64,000 nucleotides of DNA from Hyphochytrium catenoides (taxonomy: Eukaryota; Protista; Hyphochytriomycota): assembly GCA_900088475.1 (NCBI GenBank), contig FLMG01000265.1:62001-126000 (forward strand), in the 5' to 3' direction. The notes beneath the pieces are model-generated. The model was not told the origin of the DNA. It saw only the letters and a program-made list of their open reading frames with translations, and made no database searches. The position numbers were made by a program, and so were the translations under genes. Below, in pieces: positions 12,578 through 25,300 of this stretch. The first letter of the stretch is position 1. Every line of letters starts with the position of its first letter.

Positions 12578-13349
12578 GCTCCTTGTGTCTTAGGTGCCTC
12601 CCGAATAGCCCCCACTATAAGCTGTGACAGCATCCATGGACGAGATGCAGAGCTGTCTCCATAGGTGACTTTTAAAACAAGTACTAGGATGTGCCAGCGA
12701 AATCAATTCCTCTAGCACTTCTTTCCTACACCAGGATTCTTCACGATCAGCTTTCCTCGCACATCTGATAAGCCACTAGTCAATGCCATGTGAACCCGGA
12801 AAGACGCATGCACTTCATAGCATTTCAGAGCTTCCGACGTATGCTGGTGCCAAGGCTAAGCAGTTCTGACGACTGTTGTCATCCTTTAATCTGCAAGCTT
12901 CACGTAGCAGCTACTGACAAGCCTGTGGAATCTGGCTCTGATCAACAGATTTCTTGGGATGTGGTGGACTCTATCATTACGTTCAACGTCCTCGCCTCCA
13001 GATGCCAGAGTGCAAGCCGATGTCAGCCGCAGTCGGTGACGCCTATACTGTAGGCAGAGCTGCAGGCACCTGGTCTTCTTTCAACAAATCTTTCAATCGT
13101 TATTTGCGGGGGAACCAAAGAACTTATTTTCCGCCTAGAGTCACAATAAAATGGGAAACTTCTCTGGGTCTAGCGTTTTCACAACGCCTACCCCAGGAAC
13201 AAATAGTTACTTTCGTGTCTCAGTTTGGAGTTTCTTTATTTTCGTGGTTCTTGGTTTATATTATTTTGAAGTACTTCTCAATGGTAACCTACACCTTTCT
13301 CTGTGCTGCTTGGGATCTAAAAGGAACGGCGGCAGATGGAGCGGCTCAC

Positions 13350-16300
13350 TCAAAGGTCTTCCTCCTCATTCTCAATCTTCGTTTTGGTGTCATTGAAGGC
13401 CCTGGAGAAGGCGCGGTTGATGACCATACGATCTGGCGACTTGCCATGAGGATCTTTGACATCCGACTCTGCGTTGGTTAGGCTCTGAAGCTGCTTAGCC
13501 AACATCAAGGTGGCCTTCGGCCGGGAAGGAGATTGGGTTGGCAAAGGTGACGGTGAGCCTCTTGGCGGCGATGCGTCACTCGTTGCCCGCTTCGTCGGAG
13601 TAGTGGCCCCAGTAGGACTTGTAAGAGGCCGCACCATAACCTTGTTTGGGCTCAAGGTGGGCTTACTAAGGAATGTTATCCTGGCGGCGAATCTTGCGCC
13701 CAGGGTCTTGCATGTGTGCTCTAAAATAATCGGCAGGTCCGACGATAGAAGAAAGTCTTTGAATGCACCTTGTTCCACGCAACCGATATTCGCCTAGAAG
13801 GAGGAGATACGTGTCAGTGAGGATAGAAAAGGGAAAGCAAGGGGCTGTTGGAAACGAAAAAGTTCAAAACGAGTTGAAGAGAAAAGTAGCGAGGGAAGCT
13901 AGACTGAGATGAGGGCTTACCGGATCTAATCGGTTATAGACTGCCTCGGTGAAGGTCATCATGAACTCGGTCATGTGCCCAGACAGGAGTTGCTTCTCTT
14001 CAACTGTTGAGACCTGCGGCGAATTGAGAAGATTAGTATGTGACCGTGCATCCTTCCTGAGTAGTCATACAGTGACGTCGAGTACCTTAGCCTCGATGCT
14101 GTTGCCAATGAGGTCAGCTAGCGCCGACTGGATATGGCTATAATCCAGGTGAGAGGAGCCTCCGGCGTCCAATCTCTCCACACTGTTGAGCAGACACAAG
14201 ATGATTTATGGTGGAGCATGGAGATGGGTATTAGACGGAGACGCAAGGATTGGGAGCAAAGATGATCTCTTACAGTTCAGAAAGGTGTTCCTCAGAAATC
14301 AACAAGCTTAGGTCATCGCCTAATAGCAGTGATTGCAGAACCTCGAATGGATTCTGGCGAGACTGTAAGCTGCTGCCTACGGCAACGGGAGGAAGTTCGC
14401 CGCCCAAAACTGGAGAAGGAGGCGCCTCTGAGGACCACATGGAGGACATCAAGTGGGCTGGAGGGGCCTTTGGAGACAGGAGAGATGCTGACGGATCCAT
14501 TCCCATGCTGGTCTGTACCCGCTTTGACGGTGAAGTAGGACCAGATGTCATCGGTCGACCTGCTTCCGAAGCATGAGATGACTTTAGCAATCCGCCCACC
14601 GTTGCGGGTTGGCGCTGAACGTACCTTTCTTTCCCCAGCCGCCTGGTCTTGCGGATTTGTTATAAGGAGAGGGCGCCTGTAAGGAGTGAGAAGGAACATG
14701 GCCAATTAGCTCGGAAGATATATATAGAGAGAAGATAGAAATAGGGCCTACCTTAACAGTGCCCAAGGGCTTTTTGGAGGCAGCGAGCTTGAGCTGCATT
14801 ATGGCAAGTGATTCCTCCATCTGCGCCTGTTTTGCTTCGTATGACGTTTGCATTTGACTCAGTTTGGCTGCGGTCTCCTCTGCCATGAGGCGCCGCTGCT
14901 CATCCAGTCGCCGTTCCACCTGCATTGGCGTAAATATGCAGGTGTTTTATAGTATAAGATGTTCTTATATTCTTACCTCGAGATGCATGCTCATCACCAT
15001 TTGCTTCTCTAACTCCTGCTTCATCGCCAGTATTTTTCCTTCAGTACCAGCCGCGGAATGGCTCTCGGCCTTCAAATGTTTAGCTCGTTGTTCAGCTAAC
15101 TTTCGCGCTTCCTCAGCTCTCGCCAGCTTGACGGCGTATGATTCTCTCAATTCGTGCAACTCGTTCTCTAAATTAGAAGCCCGGCTATCAGCTTGTTCTC
15201 TAGCTCTTTGAACTGCGTTGTCCAGCGCCTTCTGGTATTCCTTCTTCAATTCTTCAATTAACGCCTCATGCTCTCGTCGCTGTGCAATCTTCTCCATGTC
15301 CTTCTGATCGAGCTAGAGATGGACCAATCAACAAATAAGGGCTTAGTATAGAAGAATACAACGCAAAGGCAGACAGGTCAATAGACGGTGAAGCGATAAA
15401 GTTGGAAGAACGTTCAAAGGGAGTTAGAGACGATGGAGCCCCCGACATGGACAGGTTACATTGGAGTAAGCGGGAATGACGATCCAGTTCTGCTTACCCT
15501 TGCTGCCATCTCCTCTATCCGCGCTCTGGAAGCATCCATTGTCTGCTTCAGCTTTTCGTCCCAATCCTTTCTCTCTTCATCGATTGCCAGCCTAAGCGTC
15601 TTCAGCTGTGCTTGAGTCATCGATAGCTCAGCTGTCGACTCAACGAGAGTCTGATTCTTTTGTAGTGCCAGATCCTTGATAGTACCGATAGACTGTGAGC
15701 GAAGGGCAGCCATCTCCTCCTGACCGTGCGCCAATAGCTTTTCTAGCTTGTAATTCTCATTCTGAAGCTGCAAGCAACGAAGAAGTTAGCCAGTAGACTC
15801 CACTGCTGATTCCTATAAGCAACTAGAGGGCTTGATCGCTTCCGTTCATATCAGTGGGTAGAGATAATAGAAAAGAACTGTGAGGGACTCAAAACGATGA
15901 AGAGAACCTTACCGCAGCAATACCATCCTCCAGCTGCCGAACTCTTGCCACTTCCATTTGCAAGTCTTCTTCCCAGGCTTGCTTTGTGTTCATGAACTCT
16001 GTCTCTCTAGCCTCCCACTCCTGGGAAATGGCCTGTCAGACGTCTCGTTGGATTCCTAACGTCACCACCGTAAAAAGTCTACCTGCTTCCAGTGCTTATC
16101 AGTGTCGTCCTTCTCAAGCTTCATCCTCTCCAACGCTTGTTGATAACTTTCGTCCATCTCCTTCTGCTTCGACTCTAAGGTTATAATCTTGCTTCGCAAC
16201 TAGGGATAAAGAATATCGTTAAGGACTGCTATACCAGCCTCATACCAGGAGAAAACGAACGCTCATGGTAAGAAGTTGACTATAGAAAGCGGCGGGGAAA

Positions 16301-19300
16301 GCGAGATACACTTTGGGCCCCCTAACGCTAAGTATAGGAAGTCTTCAAACGTACTTCTGTCTCAAGGGTATTCTTTTCCTCTTGAGCAACCTGCAGCTTA
16401 GAACGGAAGTCTTGTTCAGAATCTGCCTTGAGTTCTCGCTCATGCACAAGTGTGAGATTTAGCTGTCCGTGCTGCTCTTGAAGGGCCGCCAATTGGCTAT
16501 GGACGTCTTCTAGACGCTTTCTCTCCGCTTCTAACTGCTGGTGCAGAGCTTCTGCGCCGCCTCTAGCCTGTAGACGCCACATTACTATTCGTCCGCTGAA
16601 CTGCAAGAGCAACTATTATTTGAGGCGCTTACCATGAGGCCATGCTCCTCAGCAGAGGAGAGCTTTCTCTTCAACTCAAGACTCACTGCTTGGTGCTCGT
16701 TCTGAGTAGCAGCCAGCTCTGCTGCCAGAGCTTCAACCTACATAACGAATAATTTTTTGCTATTAATGGCTGTAAGGGTGGTGAGACTGCATAGAGAATA
16801 ATAGTAGAGACCATCATTTAACGCTTAATGACGTAAGTTGTTTTAGGATGAGGGGTTTACCTCTTTAACTTTGCGGGACAACTCCACCTCCGTCATTGCG
16901 AGCTGACCCTTCGTGCTGCTGAGAGTGAGGTGGTTGCTTGTGAGTAACTCTTCTTTAAGCTGCAGCTGCTTTTCGAGCTCTGTCAGTGATGACTGCAAAG
17001 TTTGAAGCTCCTGCTGAAGCTTTGATTCTGCCGCAAGAAAAAACAAAGATTCAGAGTGCTAGAAGCGATTGAGGGACAAGACTTCTCCTACCGCTATCTT
17101 GCAGTCTCTTTATGCCGTCATTGCTCCTTGACAGCTCCTCCGTGGACGCTTGTAGCATGCCACTCAGCACCGCCTGCTCCTCTTTGCCTTGTTCTATCCT
17201 CTTAATAAGCTATGAGAAAAGGGTTAAAAGTTGTATACTGTGACGGCGCCGTTTGCCCTTCCCTCCGCCGCATTATACTTGTATTCTTTGAGTGCATGGC
17301 GACTACTTACGCTTAATAACTCGTCTTGCGCCTTTTGCATCTCTCTCGCCATCTCCTCTTTCTCTTCGGTAAGCGCCTGGATGTTTGCCTGTAGGCCGTG
17401 AGTGCTCATCGCAAACTTCATCGCCTCCGATGCGAAAGTTTTCTCAAGTTCTCCTAACAGATGTGCCGTCGTCTCCGCTCTGGCAGACTCAAACAATACC
17501 CGCCCTGTAGCTTCCTCTAGCCTTTTTTCCAAAGACGCAGACAATTCCTGTGTCCACCGACGAAGCCTATTAGTTCTTCTTTACATCTTATAATGCTGGC
17601 GGCAAGGTAATTGAGCCTAGCGGCCAGGCGTACCTGTTGCTTTGCAAGCTTTGTCTCCAGATCAACTATGCTCTGTCCGGCCGCCTCGCCCTGTATCCGC
17701 AAGTTCTGGACAGCCTCTTCAGCTGTTGACTTTTGCTTGGCAAGCTCTGCCAGCGCGGCGTCGGAATCCTGCCGTAGTTTGTCGTAGTCAGCCTTTACGA
17801 CAGAGAGCTCTTGGGAATGCCCTGCCGCCATAGACGATAGCTTTTCCTCAAGCATAGTGGTCACGGCCTCAAGCTATGGTATCCCGGACCGAAGGTGCCA
17901 ACAGAAACAAGGACGACCGACGAGGAACCGGACAGAACAAGGGAGGGAAGGTAGTCAGCTATAACCTGTTAGATGGACTGGGGAGCGTTCCATCTTACCT
18001 CAGCTTTGCTCTTGTCTTGGTGGCCAGACAGAAGAGCCTCCAGCTCCGCAATCCGCTCTGCACTCTTTTGCTGCATGGCCTTCGATTCGTTCTCTAACAC
18101 AGCGAACGCACCTTTGGCATCGCCTAGAGATGTCAAATTACGTTTAGAACACATACCCGGACCAGAATGGTTAGAACCCCTGGAAAAGGAGGGCCCCTCC
18201 AACCTACCTTCAGCCTGCTCTAGCGCGGCATACACGTCAGCAATCCTATGTGCATAGTCAGCCTCTAAAGTCGAGATTTTTTCCTTGGTCTCGGCGACTT
18301 GAGCTTCCTTGGACTCGATGGCAATCTGGAGTGCCACCTGCAACTCATTGGCGCGGTCCAGCGCTCTCTGCTCACTGCTACGTAGTGCCTGGACCTCCTT
18401 TTGTGCCTCCTACGACCACGGCAAAAGGACTTGAGGTCTACACAGTAGGGATATATACAGCTCACATCTCATTTCTCACCTCAGCAACCTGTCGAGCAGT
18501 CTCTATCTCGGCCTGCATAGCACGAATGCTTCCCACTAACTCAGTTTCCTGCTTATGTTTGGCAGCGAGTAACTCCTCATATCTCTGGACATGACTTTGA
18601 ACCTCTCCTTCGAGCACCGAGCAGGTTACTTGCAGGTCCTTAACCATCTGACTTGCAGCTTCCTCAGCTCTTGCTCTGGCTGACTCAACAGCATTAACGG
18701 CCTTCATAGCCTCAATCTAATGGGGATAGATGAATTCAATGAGTTTCCCGATCCCATCTAGGCAAAGTTCTAAGCCAAGAAAAGCCAAAAGGATATGACA
18801 AGCTTGTGTAAAATACCTGCTTTGACTCCATCTCTGCCTTAAGTTGCTGGCATCTATCTGCATACTCCTTGGCTTCCTTCTCAAGCTTACCCTTTAGTTC
18901 TGCCACCTCCACTGCGCTCTGTCTCTCTCTCTCCAATGCGCGATGATACTCAGTCTCCAACTGGGACATCTTGGAGTCCACTAAGGAAAGTTTGAAGGCA
19001 GCTGCCTCCTGAGAGGCCTTGATGGCATATTCTGCAGAGCTAGATGCAGCCTTAGATGCACCCGTGGCTGTTTCCAATGCGGCCTTGGCAGCGGAAGCTT
19101 CAGCGCTATAGAAGCTAAGTTCTTTCTCTAAAGTTTGAATCCTGCTAACGTTAATAGCATCTCGGATGGAGAACTCCGACTTCTCTGTAGCCAATCTCTG
19201 CATAGGTAGCAAGCAGAAGCGATCAGTGAGTCAATGTAGAACGTCAGCTCTTCTTACGGGTTGTCCTCTTTGTTTGTCAACTTCCTCCCATCAGACGATC

Positions 19301-22300
19301 AGTTTTAGCGTTCCATCCTGCCGGTTCTGGTTGCCATAGTCATCTAGCCTTACCTGCTCAACCTCAGCTATCTTTGTTACCCATGATTTATCAATATCGT
19401 CCTGAAGTTTGTGGAGCTTGTTTATACTGCTTTCCTTCTCCTCCTGCAAAAGCTTGGCTGTGATCTCCAACCGCTGAGAGTTGGTGCTCAGCTCAGCCAT
19501 CAGGCGTTTCACCTCACTCTCCAGCTCCAGAGACTGCAGCTTCTGGCTGCTGATGACTGACCGTAATTCTTTTGCTTCTTGTTCGGAGCCAGTTAGGCGT
19601 GCGGTGACCTCAGCCAATTGCACTGACATCGACTTCATCTCTGCTGCATGTGCAAGAGCGACCTCCTCTGCTCTGGTTGCCGCCTGGCTCTGCACCGACC
19701 CAATGAGCATGATCAGAGGACACACATTTTCCGTGGTAGACTGGCTAAGTGGGAAACTTTACCTTAAGGATTTGGACTTCAGCCTGCCACTGGCTGCGGT
19801 GAGCATCAAATTGCTTTTCCTGCGCCTCCATCTTGACTTTCAGCTCTGTTACTGTGGCAATGTGCTCGTGGCCCTCTTTATGCCACTGGTTCTCCCGTTT
19901 CTCAAACGCGTCAAGCTCGGTCTGCAATTCCGTCACTCTAGCAGCATAGAAATCCCTCTTGGCTAAGAAAAGTGAAAGAGGTAAGATTAATGAAGATCGA
20001 CATCAAGGTGACAAAAGACAATCAATTTATCAGGTCTGGCTCACCTTTTGCTTGCTCAGCCTCGCACTGTAGGGCACCGATCTTTTCTGCCGACTCAGAC
20101 ATAGAATGCTCCAGTTTTTGCTGCAGTGACTGAAGCTTATCGTCAAACTCTTTGCGGTACGCAATTTCTCGCTGCTGTGCAACAGCTAGCTCGCGTTCAG
20201 AATCGCGACGGCTCTCCTCAAGCTTCGTTGACTTCAGAGCCGCAGCCTCGGTGGTAGCCTAAATTTGAAACCGAGGTTCATTGCTAGAGTTAGGCGGCGA
20301 ACTGCTCTGATAAGCGGGGAGTCGTCTGCAGTATCCATAGCTGGCCAAAGAGATCGGCCAGAAAGGCAATGACTAAAAGTATAATAAGCAAAAGAACTGT
20401 AGCGCCGCAGAAATAGCAACGAGAGGTAGTCGAGTTAGAGCTCATGCAGATTGAGAAAGCATTTGTAAAGTTGCACCAATTGTAGGCCGTAATGGTGACG
20501 CTCACCTTGAAAAAAAGTTCCATACTTGAGGAGGCGGAAGCAGACGCTCCTCTAGCGGCTTCGACAGCTGCCTGAGCTGCCGTTAGCTGCGTGGACAGTG
20601 CCAAATTCTGCTTCTCGAGGGCTAGAATTGTTTCTGTAGCGTGTTTCTCTTTTACGGCAAAATCAGCTTTGGCCATTGCCAGTTGGCTTTCAACCTGCGC
20701 AAGTTTGGCCATCTCCGTCTGCCGCAGAATGGCGTTGCTACTTTCAACGTGATAGATCTTTCTATCAAATTCTTGGGCAGACCGTTGAGAAGCTTCATCA
20801 ACTGCCTTCTGTACTCTGACCTCTGTCTCCTGCACCAACGCCTTATTCACACCTCTCAAGTTCTCCACTTCGGCAGACAAGTCCTGAATCTTGCGCCGTA
20901 GGTCCTGCTCTAACGACTTTTGAGACTGCATTTGGAGTTCCAATTCAGCCACACGTCGATAGTCTAGCGCACGTTTTAGGGACGCTTCCTCTTCGTGTTG
21001 CTGCAACAGGCACAAGAGACACGGGGTCAGCTGGGGTAGTTGGACCGACGAAATAGCGAGCCCCATGGCATCCAATAAGAGAAAAAGAAAGACATACATA
21101 ACGCACCCCGCTACACCTAATTACCTTTATGTACTCTGTCGTTGAACGGGCTACACGCTCATTAATGAGCTTTTCTTGTTCAGCTAGCTTCTCTGTGAGG
21201 TCAAAAACAAGGGTCCTACTTGCCCGTTCTTCAACAGCTCGTCTGCCTTCTCGAACATGCATGCGCTGCAGCTCACTCTGTAGTGATGCGATTCTGCGGA
21301 GTGCGTCATCTAAAGTTTCAATGTACACTCCTTCTGTTTCAGTGCCTATCTCTGCCACCTCTGGCCGTGAATCATGTGCCGCGTCAAAGTCTGGTAGTGC
21401 AAAGGCACTGTCGCCATTGATCGGAAGCGGGGTTGGAGGCAACGCTCCATCACCGCCCGAAAGCAAGTCCTGATGTCCCTCCTCCCCTGGATTGACGGGT
21501 GCTGCTTGAGAAACTTTGAGCTGCGGGACAGAAGCTGGTCGTGGTGTCCTAGGTACTGCTGTAGTGACCGGCTCGTCCTCCATTTCCTGGTACTCGCTGT
21601 TTAGAGTGATGGTACGAGCGTGAAGTAGCTCCGGTGACAACGGATCCATTGCTTGTGCGGTCCTCGTAACTGCTGGTGTAGACTGGGATTGAAGTCGAAC
21701 TTCACCGTCACAAAGAGAAGTAACCGCTTCAGCAAGCGTAGAAGGGCTCTCAATAGTGGGAATGACGGTGACTCCGGTCGTTGCCGTGGCTCCAATCTCC
21801 ATCGAACTGGAGATATGCGGCTGAGAGGCTTCAACAGAGGCCTCCAAGGATGTCGAAGCCTCTAAGAATGTTTGATTCTCAGGACATTTTTCCGCTTCAT
21901 CCCTCAGGGGGCTCTGGGCGCTTTGTGGACCAGAATTGTCCAGCTGATCAGCCAGAATGTTGCTCAATTGGACCGTGTAGATAGTGTTGCCTGACGGGGG
22001 ATCAACTACTGGTGATGTGCCTGCAGATTCAGCGGACTGAGCCTCGGACAATACAGGCTGGGAAACAGGCTTAGATGGTACTAGAGAAGGACCAACTAGA
22101 TCTGAGGCAGGAGTTGAAGTTACAATCCCATGCTCGGCTGGTGTGCCCTCGGTTGGATGTTGCTCTAGGATAGACTGAGATGCCTTGCCAACAGGCGCAG
22201 TTAGTTCCGGGACGAATGAGATCGTGTCAGTTGGTTCCAAAATGGGAGTAGGCTCCTCCAACTGAGCGGACCCTGCATCAGGCATTGGTTGGGTAGTATC

Positions 22301-25300
22301 GCTGGGCTCATGGCTCTGTTTAAGAGCTACCAAAGCGGCGGCCGGCTCGACTGCTTGAGCAATACCTCCGATTATTTGAGTATCCGAGGACTGATTGTTT
22401 GCCTCTGACGCCTCTCCAGACTGAACCACACGTTCTACGGGATGAAGGACCTCCTCAGATACGAAAAGGCCTGCCTTAGCTTGGTCTGAAATGGGATCTG
22501 ATACTCCCAAAGCAAGTTTTTCTTGGTAAGAGAATGGCTCAAAGGCATTGGCTGACATAAGAGCTGGCTGTGCAATAGGCTCAGATGACTGAGGAGGTTC
22601 AGGTGCTCCGGAGACAAGCGCGGCAGCCTCAGCCGGTGCGAGCTCTATTGAATCCCGCTCAACTGATTCACGGGCGACTGCAGTAGGCTGCGCTGATTCA
22701 TCGACAGGAGTGGCATGACCAACAGTCGGGTCTGATGGATCCACCCCTCGCTGGGCATCCTTTGAGGAGGTCTCGGATGGCACTAAGCCGAACTCCGTCA
22801 TATCAGACGTAGGGGCAGCAGAGTCGCTTGGAGCTTTTACACTTTCATCAAGCTGAGAAGGTGCCTCGGATGGTATGGCGCCAGTCTCCTTTGATGACAC
22901 TGGCTCTGCTGCAAACAGCTGGGACTCGAGTGGCTTGAGGATTGATTCAGGCGCAACCAAAGGCGAATCTTCTGACAAAAATACAAGGTGGGTTGCTATG
23001 GCAGGGGACTCCACTGCATGAGTAGTAGGTTCGGATGCCTGAGAAAGGATCTCGGCTGATAGATTATTTTCCTCTACAAAATCAAGCACAGATCCGTCGG
23101 ACTGGGCTATCTGATTCACAGGTTGAGAGACAAGGTCAGGTTGCAAAGGTTGTGCCTCAGGCTGACATGAAACAGGATCTGATGCTACCACTGCAGGTTG
23201 GGCTGCTTGAACAACAGCCTGAGATGCATCCAGGAGGGAAGCAGCCGGCTGAGGAATAGGCCCAGATACATCCAAAGCAGCCTCAGTTGCTGGTGCAATG
23301 ACTGTAGCAGGCGCAGCTGGTGCTGAGGTTTTTGAGGTCATTTCAACTGGTTCAAGGGCTAGTACATCAAGCGGCTCTGGGTTTGTGGCAGAAACGGTCT
23401 GGGTAGCTTGCTCCTCTAATCGAGCCACCCGTACGTGAGCGTCCTTTGAGAGAGTGTCGGATGGCACGAAGCCCGAGTTCGGTAGAACAGAGGTAGGCGT
23501 GCCAGAGTCGCTTAGAGGACTGGCAAGCTCAGCAGGTACAGGATCAACTTGGGGTACGATTCTAGCCTCCGTTGATGACACTGGCTCTGATGCAAACGTC
23601 TTGGACTCGATTGCCTTAGAAACAGAGCCAGGCGCAATCAAAGTTGAATCTTCTGCAATGATTACAGGGTCGGCTGCTACGGCTGGGGACTCCGCTGCAA
23701 GATTGATAAGTTCAGTTGGCAGAGAAAGGGTCTCGGCTGATCGATTGTTGGTCTCTAAAAGATCGAGCACAGATTCGCCGGACTGGGCTATCTGATCCAC
23801 AGGTTGAGCGACAACGTCAGATGGCAAAATTCCTGCCTCAGATGTATCAGAAACAGGATCTGATGCTACAACTGCAGGTTGGGCTTCTTGAACAACAGCC
23901 TGAGATGCATCCAGGAGAGAAGCAGCCGGCTGGTAGATAGTCGGAGATACGTCCAAAGCAGCCTCACTTGCGGTTGAGCTGACTGTAGCAGGCGCAGCTG
24001 ATATTGAGGGAATCGAATCCGGATCAGCGGATTCAAGGGTTAGCACTGCAAGCGGTACTGGGTCAGTAGCAGAAAAGGTCTGAATAGCCTGCTCTGCTGG
24101 TTGAAGACTGGATTCTAGTCGATCCAGTTCGTGAGCATCCTTTGAGAGAGTTTCGGAGGGCACGAAGCCCGACTTTGTCAGAACAGAGGTGGGCGCGGCA
24201 GAGTCGCATAGAGGACTGACAAGCTCATCAGGTTGAAGATTGATCCCAACTGGTACGATACTAGGCTCCACTAATAACACCGGCTCCGATGCAAATGCCG
24301 TGGACTCCAGTGGTTTAGGGACTGAGTCAAGTGCATTCAATGACGGATCTCGATTGTTCGCGTCTGAAGGATCGAGCGTAGATTCGCCCGACTGGACAAT
24401 GGGTTCCACGCGTTGAGCGACAACGTCCCATGGCAAAAGTCCTGCCCCCAGTGGATCGGGAACAGTCTCTGAAACTACCACTGCGGGCTGGGCTGCTTGG
24501 CAAACAGTCTGGGATGCATCCAGGACAGAAGCAGCTGGCTGATCGATAGGCTGAGATACATCCAAAGCAGCCTCAGTTGCTGTTGAGCTGACTGTGGCGG
24601 TCGCATCTGGCACCGGCGTTTTAGAGATCAGCTCAGTCGGCGCAAGGGTTAGTACATCAAGGGTCACTGGGCTAGTAGCAGAAATAATCTGGATAGTCTG
24701 GTCTGTTGACTGAAGATTGGGTTCTAATTGATCCACTTGTTCGTGAGCATTCATTGAGAGACTTTCGGATGGCACGAAGCCCAACGAAGTCGGAAGAGAG
24801 CCAAGCGGAGCAGAGTTGTTTAGGAGACTGACAGGCTCAGCGGGTGGAGGATCCGTGCCAACTGGTACGATACTAGGCATCGTTGATGACTCCGATTCTG
24901 ATGCAAACGCATTGCGCTCGAGTGCTTTGGTGGTTGAGTCAGGTGCAATTAAGGGGGAGTCTTCTGAGTTGATGACAGGCTCGACAGCTACGGCAGGGGA
25001 CTCCATTGTCTGTGAAATGGGCTCGGATGCCTGAGAAAGCGTCTCGACTGTTCGATCCCTAACCTCTAAAGATGCATGCGCAGTTTCGCCGTAATGGGCT
25101 ATGGAGTCGAAAGATTGAGCGACAACCTTCGATGATAAGGGTTCGGGCTCACCCGAAACTGATATAGGCTCTGATGCTTCCACAGCAGGTTTCGTCAGGT
25201 CAACGACCGGCTCAATGACTTCGGTTGAAATAACAGCTGACGGAGAGATAGACTGGGATGTGTTCTGAGGATTCTCAGGTGCTCCGGAGACGGGTGCAGC

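Noticed and set aside
16218-16225. U12-type branch sequence TCCTTAAC in an intron of the giant gene; GTATCTT donor at 31819 in Serinc
   Set aside because: Neither intron has both U12 signals: the first has a GTACGT donor, the second lacks the U12 branch sequence.
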